A stretch of 64,000 nt of DNA from the NCBI GenBank assembly GCA_000004985.1, contig GG738849.1, one strand, 5' to 3'. The translations under genes were made by a program, and so were the position numbers. Below, one piece after another: positions 23,881 to 33,191 of this stretch. The stretch is from Naegleria gruberi. Lineage: Eukaryota. Positions within the stretch are counted from its first letter, which is position 1, and each line of letters begins with the position of its first letter. The notes under the pieces were generated by a model. It did not search any database and was not told the origin of the DNA. It saw only the letters and a list, made by a program, of their open reading frames with translations.

Positions 23881-24933
23881 TTATTGCATGGAACAAGTCT
23901 TCTTTTCACTATTCTTTACAACTTGCTTAAATGAAGGATCATTCCACACACAGATGGACTTGACCATCACTTCGTTCAGCTCCCTGATTCCAGTACCTTT
24001 CAGAGCGCTTGTTTCGGCAAGTAATTTTCCCTGTTCAAAACTTTGAATCTTTTTATGTTTTTTGATAAGTAATTCTCTGGTAAAGATTGGATCATCTCTA
24101 AAATCAATTTTGGTGCAAACAAGTGCAATTGGAGTTGTTGAACAATGATGCCTTAGTTCATTATCCATAGATGATTCTGAACAACAACTGAAACTCAAAA
24201 AGAATAAATCAGTTTGGGGATAAGAAAGTGGACGTAATCTGTGTATGATAGATAAATTCATTAAGTTCCAAAATTTAACAATATTATTGCTTTTTGATAA
24301 ATAAATAACTTCCCTAGGGAAGAAGGATAAATTACAGCACGCAGGGGGAGAAGTTCTTTTGCTTCCTTCCACATCATAGCCAACATTCAACCCAAAACAA
24401 CATCTGTCATTTACTTGAAGTTGTTGGTACATTGAAGAACAAGTGGTAATTGATACTTTGAACACCCTGTTTTTCTCTTGGTCTAATAAAGACTTGTATT
24501 GTTAATAAACTTCTATCTATAATAAATCATGAAAAAAAATCATACAACACCCTCAGTTGGTAGGAGGGGGTTTAAGACGGCCAAAAAGTGTAATTTATCC
24601 TTCTTCCCTTACCTATCAAAATCTTTTGAAAGGTCAATCAAAAATGTTTTGAATATTTTTTAAAATTACTAACCTTCTTGTCCTATGGTATCCCACAATC
24701 CAATACTTAAAGTTTTTCCATCATAGAAAAAATTGTATTGCTATCAAAAATTGTTGGTATATATTCGTGTGGAAAGGAATCGGTAGTTAGAGATATCCAA
24801 AGACATGTTTTACCCACAGCTCCATCACCTTATTTAAAATAATTAATTGGCATTCAATATTGAATAATAAATGATGACACTCACCAACTTGAACAATTTT
24901 AAAAGAATTTGCTGAACTGTTTTTCAAATTGTA
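23881..24933 (-). CDS. Rho-family small GTPase with CAAX box (CSMQ), 4 exons including a 10-nt micro-exon
   Basis: Exons are 24933..24885 (SFKIVQVG), 24828..24674 (GDGAVGKTC...EYIPTIFD...GLWDTIGQE), a micro-exon 24622..24613 (ATTTTGATAG, encoding DFD) and 24238..23881 ([11 protein letters not shown]...TKIDFRDD...CSMQ). Exon 2 has an apparent 1-nt frameshift in a homopolymer (A6 at + 24727..24732). There is no in-frame ATG upstream of exon 1; see the fusion finding. Confidence 0.7.
24317..24608. mobile_element. MITE-like element inside the Rho intron: 20-bp perfect terminal inverted repeats flanking about 252 bp
   Basis: + 24317..24336 (gggaagaaggataaattaca) is the exact reverse complement of + 24589..24608 (tgtaatttatccttcttccc). 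The element lies wholly within the 374-nt intron (24612..24239), which is by far the longest intron in this gene; the others are 51-56 nt. Confidence 0.4.
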
Positions 24934-26027
24934 CTTGAGAATTTCTTCTTTAGGAACGTAGATATCACTTCCACATTGTGACAAACCCTCAATATAACTG
25001 GTTCTATTATGGTGATCTCTGTTGGCTCATTAACTTGCTTCTTTTTGTCAATCTTGTGATAAGTACCACCAAATACAAAGTAATTCATAGCAATACTATC
25101 ATCTTCATTGGTCGCTTGGAATGGAACAGTTGTATGAAAGACGGGTCCAACATCTTGGCTTGTAAAAGTTTGAGAAAGTGAGTGAGTGTGGCTTACATCC
25201 CAACCATTCTTGATATTAATTAAATCAATATAGATACAATCCAAATGGTCAATTCTATCATTACAACCTCCAATGGAGTAAAGTCTTTTACCATTTTCTG
25301 ATTTTTCCAACACCAATGAATGACCAAATCTTGGAGCAAAGCCATCAAGTTCAGAAATTAATACCTCCGATTGACAAGTACCCTCTTTCACATCCAGAGT
25401 AGACAATTTAATCTTTACAAAATCTTTAACAAGATCAGTAGCCGATTTACCACCCAAAATATACCAATCACCAGTTTCTTCATCCAAAACACTAGCATGA
25501 TAATATCTTCCCATAAGTTCAATGCTCAATTCCATCAATTTCCATTCTCTACTCTTCAAATTGAAAATAAACAATTCATTCGATGGGAAACTGTTGTTAT
25601 CATCATACCCACCAAACACAACCAAATAATCACCATAAATAGTTGCTGATTGACCATAACGTGGAGTGATAATCTCATCACCACTAGGCTCCAGTAATCC
25701 CCACTCAAAAGTATCAAATCGATACGACCAAACATCATTATGAAAACCATTTGATTTCCCGCCAAAAATTACCATCTCATCACTACAATCATTCGATTTT
25801 CTTTTCACTAGACACGAGGAGTGGAAGTTACGAGCACTTGGTCCCCTATTATGTATTGTCTTGTTTTCCCACTTTTGTGAGGAAACATCCACTTGAATGA
25901 GATCGTTTACAAGTAGTTCGGAATTGACAAAGCCTCCGAAAAGATAAACTTTATCGTTATGAAAGATACCACTGTGACCAACACGAGAGGTTAATTGACC
26001 GAGGGGCAACGAAGATGTTAATAACAT
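24924..26027 (-). CDS. Kelch-repeat beta-propeller protein (367-aa ORF; possibly the N-terminal part of a Kelch-Rho fusion)
   Basis: ATG at 26027. There are five to six kelch blades (GHSGIFHNDKVYLFGG, VIFGGKSNG..DVWSY, VVFGGYDD..ELFIFN, YILGGKS, YSIGGCND). The last 63 nt (24986..24924) overlap Rho exon 1 on the same strand in another frame. Confidence 0.75.
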   Translation of the reverse strand: MLLTSSLPLGQLTSRVGHSGIFHNDKVYLFGGFVNSELLVNDLIQVDVSSQKWENKTIHNRGPSARNFHSSCLVKRKSNDCSDEMVIFGGKSNGFHNDVWSYRFDTFEWGLLEPSGDEIITPRYGQSATIYGDYLVVFGGYDDNNSFPSNELFIFNLKSREWKLMELSIELMGRYYHASVLDEETGDWYILGGKSATDLVKDFVKIKLSTLDVKEGTCQSEVLISELDGFAPRFGHSLVLEKSENGKRLYSIGGCNDRIDHLDCIYIDLINIKNGWDVSHTHSLSQTFTSQDVGPVFHTTVPFQATNEDDSIAMNYFVFGGTYHKIDKKKQVNEPTEITIIEPVILRVCHNVEVISTFLKKKFSSTI

Positions 26028-26105
26028 TTTTTTGACAAAGTATTGGAAACTCGTGTAACAATCAAGATCAAATAATAAATTAAAAATATAATATTATTTA
26101 AAAAT

Positions 26106-26760
26106 ATGACAACAACTCTTGTACAAGACCCTATTGTTTGGGTTGACATGGAGGTAAGATAATAGCCACTGACCACAATTCACACAATTAATTCTAAATA
26201 GATGACAGGATTAGATATTGATTCCGATCACATTTTGGAAATTGCAGTCATTATTACTGATGGTAATTTAAATATTATTGCACAATTGGATTCATTGATT
26301 GTTCATCAGAGTGACTCTGTTTTAGATAATATGAATGATTGGTGTAAACAGCATCATGGTGATAGTGGTTTGACTGCTGCCGTTCGAAAGAGCTCATTCT
26401 CCATTCAGCAAGTTGAGGATACAGTCTTGGATTTTGTTAAACACTATGTTGCATCGGAGAGATTGGCTCCATTGGCTGGTAACAGTGTTTATTGTGATAG
26501 ATTATTTATGAAGTATGTTAATTTCTTTATTATTTTGTTAATAATATTTTAATTATTTTAGAAAGGAAATGAAAAGATTAGATGAATATTTGCATTATAG
26601 AATTATTGATGTTTCTTCAATTAAAGAGCTTGCAAGAAGATGGTCACCTGAAACTCTTACCAAGGTTGTAAAGACTGGAGCCCATAGAGCACTTGATGAT
26701 ATCAAAGAATCTATTGAAGAATTGAAAGTTTACAAAAAGCATCTATTTAAATTGGAATAA
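26106..26760 (+). CDS. ORN: Oligoribonuclease (REXO2/Orn family 3'-5' exonuclease), 3 exons (185 aa)
   Basis: Exons are 26106..26153, 26202..26512 and 26562..26760, with introns of 48 and 49 nt. The protein shows the DEDDh motifs: WVDMEMTGLD, HQSD...[20 protein letters not shown] and [16 protein letters not shown]...HRALDDI. Confidence 0.85.
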
Positions 26761-27124
26761 TTATTGATTCTAAATTATTAATTATATTACACAATATTTG
26801 ATCTTCTTTAACTAGTATATTCAGGTAAAGAATAGCAGGTTCATCTTGGCCATATTAAGGCCTGTTAATTTTGGTCGCTTTGTCTTAGTAAATCAGGGTT
26901 GTGTGAAAATCGCCAAAAAGCGGATTAATTCTTCCTAAAAGATACAAAGTATACTTTTTAGGCTGGCTATGAATCTCGAGCAAGACCACAACATTCCGAG
27001 ACTTATTTGTTATTAAAGCCTCAAAAAAAACAACTTCAATACCTCCTCAAATTTAGTACAAGCTTAATACTGGCCATAGAGAGGTTTTGTTATTTTGGTA
27101 CTTATTCGTTTGGTCGTATCCAAC

Positions 27125-28248
27125 ATGTTACCTTCCTTAAACGAATTGATTAAAAAGTTTGACGAATTTAAAGACAAACAAAGGTTGAATACTGATATTC
27201 ATCAGAATTTGAAACCAATAGATGTTAAACCAATAGTAGATGTTGCTTCTCCTGCATGTTACCCTTCATCATCCCATACTCAAAGAGAACCACCCATCAT
27301 TCATTCTAAATATTACTCTTCAACAACATGTAATTCTCTAAGATCTTCATCTAATATTTACCAACCATCACCACACAATCACCCTCATCAGCTCCATCAT
27401 TACCCTAGTCATCTTCAGCAAACCTCATTCACCAAAGTAATGCATGTGGATCATGATCCAAGCTATTTTGAATCTCTTCATTATCATACTGGAGGTCATG
27501 AAACGATAATTAGCAATAATAGTCTTGCACAAATTGTTGAGCCACCGCCACATGCTCTTAGTGACATGCCACATGCCCTTCCTCCAACTTTGGAAATGTG
27601 TCCAACAACTTCTAGTAATAATGCATCTTCGTCGATATGTAATAAGCAAACTTGTTTCCTTCCTTCTTCATCTCAAAGTACATTCACGACGGATGCAGCA
27701 AATAATAGATCAAATAGCAATAGTCCAAAAAATAGTTCTTCACAGAATAGTTCCACAAACTCTTTCCAGTCCTCGTTTAATGTAAATAAGAAAATTCCAA
27801 AAAGCAAAATTTCCAAAAAATCAAAAGAACCCATTCAATTCAAAGCATTTTCCATCTCATTAGATACATCTAAAATCAAATTTATCAATGAGCAACATCA
27901 GAAAATTGGGATTAATGATGGATCATGGACTGAGCAGGAACATGCCAATTTCATTCGAGGTTTAAATGAATGTGGAAAAGGAAAATGGAGAGAAATTGCA
28001 GAGGGTTATGTTAAGACAAGGTAAGTTGTCCAAGTTACCTGCTCGTGTTAATCGAATCGTAAATCCCTAATTATAACTATATTTCATGTTAATTGAATCT
28101 TATTTCTTTCCCCTTAGAACAAGGTAAGTGATTTCATTTTAATCGAATCCTAATTCTATCCTAATTCTTCCTTAGAACTCAAGTTGCTTCGCATGCTCGT
28201 AAATATTTGAAAATGCTTGCAAGGAAAACTAAATCTTCAATTAGATAA
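27125..28248 (+). CDS. SHAQKYF-class MYB-related protein with long low-complexity N-terminus, 3 exons including a 6-nt micro-exon
   Basis: Exon 1 is 27125..28020; the track start at 27095 is TTG. A 97-nt intron follows, then the micro-exon 28118..28123 (AACAAG), a 52-nt intron and exon 3 at 28176..28248. The Myb helix reads GKGKWREIAEGYVKTRTRTQVASHARKYL, which matches the plant/amoebozoan SHAQKYF consensus in length only when the micro-exon is included. Confidence 0.65.
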
Positions 28249-28409
28249 CCATATTGATTATACTTCTTATAATATTCAATAATCCCCGTTCATTCAAGAA
28301 GAATAGAGGAGCCAACCTTCTTTTATAAATCTTAATTCGCACAATATTTGGCAACTTCGCCATCAAAGAATCGGATTATACGTATATTTTGTTGGAAGTG
28401 GATAAAACC

Positions 28410-29258
28410 TTATTTGTTTTTCTCCACTTCAAATATAGATCTCTCTCTCTTTTTACAGCCCACCTTAATCCACTCTAAATCACTCAAAAACCATTCTCTG
28501 TGCTGCTTGACTTCATCTAATGAAATGTTTTTTGTATTCCTATAAAGTGAGTGTATCATCATAGGATTTCCAATATTATTGTCCTTGGTATGGCTTTGTT
28601 GTGTGTTGGAATCTGCAGCACTCTGAGGAGAAGGAACAAATGAAGATGTTTTTAGAATCTTGTTAAGCCAATCCAAATTTGGAGTGGGCAACGCGTCGTT
28701 CATTGGTTCGTTAGTGGTATTAACACCCTCTACAATTGAAGATTTACAAAACTTGTTTGGGTTTACATAAATCAATTGTTTGCAATATTTTTCCTTAATT
28801 TGTTCATAGTCAAAATTTTGCTTTGGTCCATAATGTGAAATTTTCATTACTCTTTCTTCAATATCATGAATGGATTGTTCTCCAAAAATTGTAGACCAAG
28901 TTTTTAATAATTTCAAGTATTTAATTTGAATATTCAAATCTATTTGTACTTTGAATGAGTAAAAGAACAAGTCCGAAATTCCAGCACTAAATTCATCAAT
29001 ATATTCTCCTCCAATATTTTTAATAATTGAATCTAATAAATAGAGACTCGGAAGTTTCTCCTCTGCACTTGCTGTTTTAATTCTTGTAGAAATAACTTTT
29101 GCAATAGATTTACAATATTTAATTTCCTCCCTAGCAATACTAGTCAATTTTTTAATATCCATTAACGAATTGGTTTTTAAATCCTTCTGTAAGGAGAGAG
29201 AATATTTTTGTACAATACTACCTTCCGATGATGATTGGGGCTTGTTGAATTGTTTCAT
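28410..29258 (-). CDS. CID (CTD-interacting domain) protein, Pcf11-like N-terminal domain (282 aa)
   Basis: The segment AEEKLPSLYLLDSIIKNIGGEYIDEFSAGISDLF...LKLLKTWSTIFG matches the Pcf11 CID core (KLPVMYLMDSIVKNVGREY...). The protein is shorter than canonical Pcf11. Confidence 0.6.
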   Translation of the reverse strand: MKQFNKPQSSSEGSIVQKYSLSLQKDLKTNSLMDIKKLTSIAREEIKYCKSIAKVISTRIKTASAEEKLPSLYLLDSIIKNIGGEYIDEFSAGISDLFFYSFKVQIDLNIQIKYLKLLKTWSTIFGEQSIHDIEERVMKISHYGPKQNFDYEQIKEKYCKQLIYVNPNKFCKSSIVEGVNTTNEPMNDALPTPNLDWLNKILKTSSFVPSPQSAADSNTQQSHTKDNNIGNPMMIHSLYRNTKNISLDEVKQHREWFLSDLEWIKVGCKKRERSIFEVEKNK

Positions 29259-29419
29259 TTTTTTGATAAGTGTTTACAAAAACTTGAATTGAAAATGTCA
29301 ATCTTTATCGAGACCTAATGAAAAACTTCAAAAAGGATCTACTGTTACTGAATCTTAGGTAAGAATACAGTAATCTATCTTACACCAATGCTTCATTATC
29401 ATATCATTCACCACAAAAA

Positions 29420-29800
29420 ATGAGTAACAAACAAGCCCTCCTCTCAGATCAACTTTATGATTCAAGCAGCTCGGACGATGATCTTGATTTCAAGCAGGGT
29501 TCCTACACTCCCCATAACATACTCTCATCGAATCCATATAGTAATAATAGTACATCAACAGCTGCCGCAGTAACATCCTCATCATCGAGTGGATATGTGA
29601 GCAAAGATCAGAGGCCACTTTTAGGACTTTCGAGCGAATCTGTACAGCAGCCTTCCGAATCAATCTATCAACGAGTTTCAAACCTAATTCCTCTTTTATG
29701 TGTTTTGAATGCATTTGCTTCGTTATTCAAGACAATTTTAGGTCGATTCTCCTCTCCTCAACAATCACAAGAAGAAAGTGATGGTTATTTAAATGTTTAA
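29420..29800 (+). CDS. Small hypothetical protein (126 aa), Ser-rich with C-terminal hydrophobic segment
   Basis: The ORF starts at an ATG and sits in a gap between well-supported genes. I see no homology. It is overlapped by an antisense ORF of similar size. Confidence 0.3.
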   Translation: MSNKQALLSDQLYDSSSSDDDLDFKQGSYTPHNILSSNPYSNNSTSTAAAVTSSSSSGYVSKDQRPLLGLSSESVQQPSESIYQRVSNLIPLLCVLNAFASLFKTILGRFSSPQQSQEESDGYLNV

Positions 29801-29832
29801 TGTATTTTTGTATTTGTTTTTTTGTAAAGTCT

Positions 29833-30474
29833 TTAAAGTTGAATTGTTGGTATGTGCTTCTTGATAGTAAGCTTTAAACTAGCATAGGATTCATCCAAAT
29901 CGTTATTTTCAACTGAGTCATCAAAGAGATTGGTATTGTCTTGTTCAAATTCTTCCAATTCTTTTCTGGCATTCTTAAGTCGAAGTTGAATGCTTTCCTC
30001 AGTTTCAGTAGCTCTTCCTCTCAATCTTTGTTCCAAAATATCCATGCTTGGTGGCTTGACAAACAAAACAAGAGGATTTAATTCCTTATTGTTTCTTACT
30101 TGTCTGGCTCCTTGAATATCAATGTCGAGGACACAACATTTTCCTTTGGTTTGAACTTCCTTTACAGCTTGAAAGCTTGTTCCGTACAAGTTTCCGTGCA
30201 CGTTTGCATGTTCAATAAATTTACCTTCATCAATTTCCTTTTGCATTATTTCCTTTGTACTAAAGTAATAGTGCACTCCATTTTCTTCTCCTGGTCTTGG
30301 TCCACGAGTTGTATGAGAGACTGAAAAACCGAAAATGTTTGGATATTCCTTGAACAATTTTTGAATAAGTGTTCCTTTACCGACACCACTTGGGCCACAA
30401 ATAACAATAGGTCTAAAAAGTTGCAAAGTTGAAGCAGTACTGGTGGACATGGTTGATGAGCAAATACCTCCCAT
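29833..30474 (-). CDS. GUK1: Guanylate kinase
   Basis: The P-loop is ICGPSGVGKGTL. The protein also has SVSHTTR, GVHYYF and YGTS, and an LDIDIQG lid. The track start at 30498 is TTG, so I moved the start to the ATG at 30474. Confidence 0.85.
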   Translation of the reverse strand: MGGICSSTMSTSTASTLQLFRPIVICGPSGVGKGTLIQKLFKEYPNIFGFSVSHTTRGPRPGEENGVHYYFSTKEIMQKEIDEGKFIEHANVHGNLYGTSFQAVKEVQTKGKCCVLDIDIQGARQVRNNKELNPLVLFVKPPSMDILEQRLRGRATETEESIQLRLKNARKELEEFEQDNTNLFDDSVENNDLDESYASLKLTIKKHIPTIQL

Positions 30475-30933
30475 ATAGAAATCTATACATTTAACCAAAT
30501 AGCAATTTTAAATGAGATGACGGCACATATTATCCGTTGTTATAATCACGGGTTGGGCTAAAAACAAAACGAACCTTTGAGATGATGAAGGAAAGAAAGG
30601 TGGGTTAAAAAACTCGAGTTGTTGAATTTTTTTTTTGCCAAACTTTCTAACGGTGGCAAATAGGTTACTTTTGAAAGTGAGTAGCATTGTTGCCATTTCA
30701 TTGAATGCTTGTTAGGAATTGAGGTTCATTAACTGTTTTACGTTGACAGACAAAGAAATTTAATGTGTTGAGAATTGTATATTATTAGAGATAATTGGTG
30801 TTGATTCAAACAGTTGAACAAACCAATAACGTAGGTGGGCCATGCATTCATTAATAATATGATGATGAAAAACCTGTAAGAACCCAATTATTATTAGAAG
30901 AAAATTAAACAATTAAAAACAAATTTAAAAAAA

Positions 30934-31569
30934 ATGAGTAACGTGACTGAAACAATGTTCAACCCTGTTTTTGCAAGAAATATTGTCAGCTTTTTAAAAA
31001 TTGTTAGTAAATTAAAACATACACTCCGAACAGGATGGGTAGATTGTAAAGTGAAACAACCAGAAACTATTGCTGGTCACATGTATAGAATGGCTATTAT
31101 CAGTATGCTCACAAAGAATCAACCAAATATTTGTACAGAGAGATGTATCAAAATGAGTATAATTCACGATCTTTCTGAAGCTATTGCAGGAGATATCACA
31201 CCTCATGCTGGTGTTTCAAAGGAAGAAAAATTCAAACTTGAAAATGATGCCATTGAAAATATGAGGAAAACCTTGTTGAATGGAGTTAGTGACACTACTG
31301 AGGAAGGTAAACAATTTACTCAAACTGTAAATGAAATGTTGGATTTGTGGCATGAATATGAGGAAGGAACATCACCAGAAGCAGTCATGATCAAGGATAT
31401 TGATAAATTTGATATGGTTCTTCAAGCTTTGGAATATGAAACAGACCAAAATTTGGAGCTACCAACTTTTTATGAATCAACAAAAGGCGGATTCAAGACT
31501 GATATGGTTAAGGCCTTGATGAATGAAGTTTATGAACAAAAAGATAAATTAACAGAAGAAAGAAAGTAA
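30934..31569 (+). CDS. HDDC2: HD-domain protein HDDC2 / YfbR-like 5'-deoxynucleotidase (211 aa)
   Basis: The protein has LRTGW, IAGHMYRMA, IIHDLSEAIAGDITP and DKFDMVLQALEYE. Confidence 0.8.
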   Translation: MSNVTETMFNPVFARNIVSFLKIVSKLKHTLRTGWVDCKVKQPETIAGHMYRMAIISMLTKNQPNICTERCIKMSIIHDLSEAIAGDITPHAGVSKEEKFKLENDAIENMRKTLLNGVSDTTEEGKQFTQTVNEMLDLWHEYEEGTSPEAVMIKDIDKFDMVLQALEYETDQNLELPTFYESTKGGFKTDMVKALMNEVYEQKDKLTEERK

Positions 31570-31578
31570 CATTAAAAA

Positions 31579-33133
31579 TTACAATTTTCTATTGGTATAC
31601 AACAATTTGTTACCACTTGTCAATCCTCCAAATATTGACAAGTTGCATCTTTTAGTGAGCATTTGACAAAAGTCTACCGCTCTTACTGAGTGACCTTTCT
31701 TATCAACAAGAGGAGAAAATATTGCCATGCCACAAACACCTGGTACCACAATCATTAGACATCCTGAAACACCACTCTTTGCTGGTAAACCAACAGTAAA
31801 TGCCCATGTACCACTGTAATCATACATTCCACAACTGTAGAGTAAACTCAAACAATCTCTCACAACATGAATATCCTTAATACATCTATCACCTGTCAAG
31901 GGACAAACACCACTATTTGCCAAAGTACTAGCAATTACACTCAATTCTCTTGTTGTACAACTGATGCTGTTACATTGAACATAAAAATCGAGTACATCAT
32001 TAATATCGTAGCCCTCCTCTTGTGAAATTCCCTTAACACCATTTGATCTCATAAAGTAAAAGAGAGCTCTATTTCTATCATTGTGTTCCTTTTCGCTTAG
32101 ATATGTACATTGAGAGTATGAAATTTGTGAATTATCATCATTGCTGTCAAGTGTTGTTGGACAGCCGGCCATTCTTTGGACGAATTGGTAAATGTTAGTA
32201 AATCTTTTACTACTACAATCCCTTGGTGAAATTTGACTGGCACAAACCAATCCGCCAGTACTCTATTTCAATAATTAATATTTGTATCAGATAAATTCAC
32301 TTACAACAAAAGGATTGTGTGGTTTCTTTTCTTCATTCAAGGAGAAGGCATTAAACTTCAATCCGGATGGTTCTCTACCAATAAATTGATGTAGGTCAGT
32401 ACCCTGCTCTCTTCCTAAACAATATAACATTGGAAGAATACTACATTTTGTAAAAAACCCTATTGAATTAATTAGAGTTAGAACATACCAGTGTTGTAAG
32501 GTAAATACCTTCTTGGTACCATTTCCAAAATGTGCAACTTGTCCATCCACTGTACAAAGGGAAATTCCAAATAGATTAGGATCAGCATTTGCTAACTCTG
32601 GTATATAATCAGGAAGTATTCCACTTGAATTTTTTTGAATAATTTCAAATATTTCCGAAATATTATTACAAAATCCTATTCCATTTAATTTCAATATTTT
32701 AAAAATATGGTTTCCATAAATATTATTGTAATTAAATAATTTTACCTTGAAAATTTGGAATTGATAATTTTCCGTTCAAAGCCTTTTGTAAAATATTTGG
32801 TTTATCGCTTGTCATCCATTGTGTAAATTCGACAAAGCTAATTTTTCCACCTGTACAATTCACTGGACATTTGTAGAATCCATACTTTTTCAAATAATTT
32901 TTAACTTCCTCCTGTGTAATGTATCCATCTCCATCTACATCAATTTCTGAAAATTTAGATTGTAATTCCATTCTCTTTCTATTGACAATTGCATCCATAC
33001 TTTCAAATCTTGGGGAGTTTAAATTAGAGAGAGAATTAATGCGAGGGATACCCATAGTGTTATCTTCTGTAGGAATAGAGGTACCATGATTTGATTGTTC
33101 GGAACATTCCTCCTCTGGCGATGAAGTTAGCAT
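31579..33133 (-). CDS. GLS: Glutaminase (serine-dependent beta-lactamase-fold, no ankyrin tail) with N-terminal EF-hand exon, 4 exons (about 464 aa)
   Basis: Exons are 33133..32746 (EF-hand: SEIDVDGDGYITQEEV), 32675..32489, 32440..32305 and 32262..31579, with introns of 70, 48 and 42 nt. The core reads DYIPELA...CTVDGQ...FTLQHCILPMLY...GREPSGLKFN...KPHNPFV | STGGLVCASQ...GLPAKSGVSG...SPLVDKKGHSVR. Confidence 0.8.
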
Positions 33134-33191
33134 TTTTTTATTATTTTGATTTTAAAAAATATTTAATAAATTTCAATAAGGGTGGTACTCT

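Noticed and set aside
24885-24984. Rho GTPase starting at the ORF-track start 24984
   Set aside because: That start is TTG, not ATG. There is no in-frame ATG between it and the upstream TGA, so a stand-alone first exon here is not credible. This led to the fusion hypothesis.
29490-29714. Minus-strand 74-aa ORF overlapping the small + ORF at 29420..29800
   Set aside because: Neither has homology. I kept the + ORF, which is longer and starts at an ATG, as a low-confidence feature only.
32460-32488. A 29-nt intron (GTATGT...TTCAATAG) in the glutaminase gene
   Set aside because: It produces an immediate in-frame stop. The 48-nt intron 32488..32441 ending TGTAG restores ...FTLQHCILPMLYCLG..., which aligns with glutaminases.
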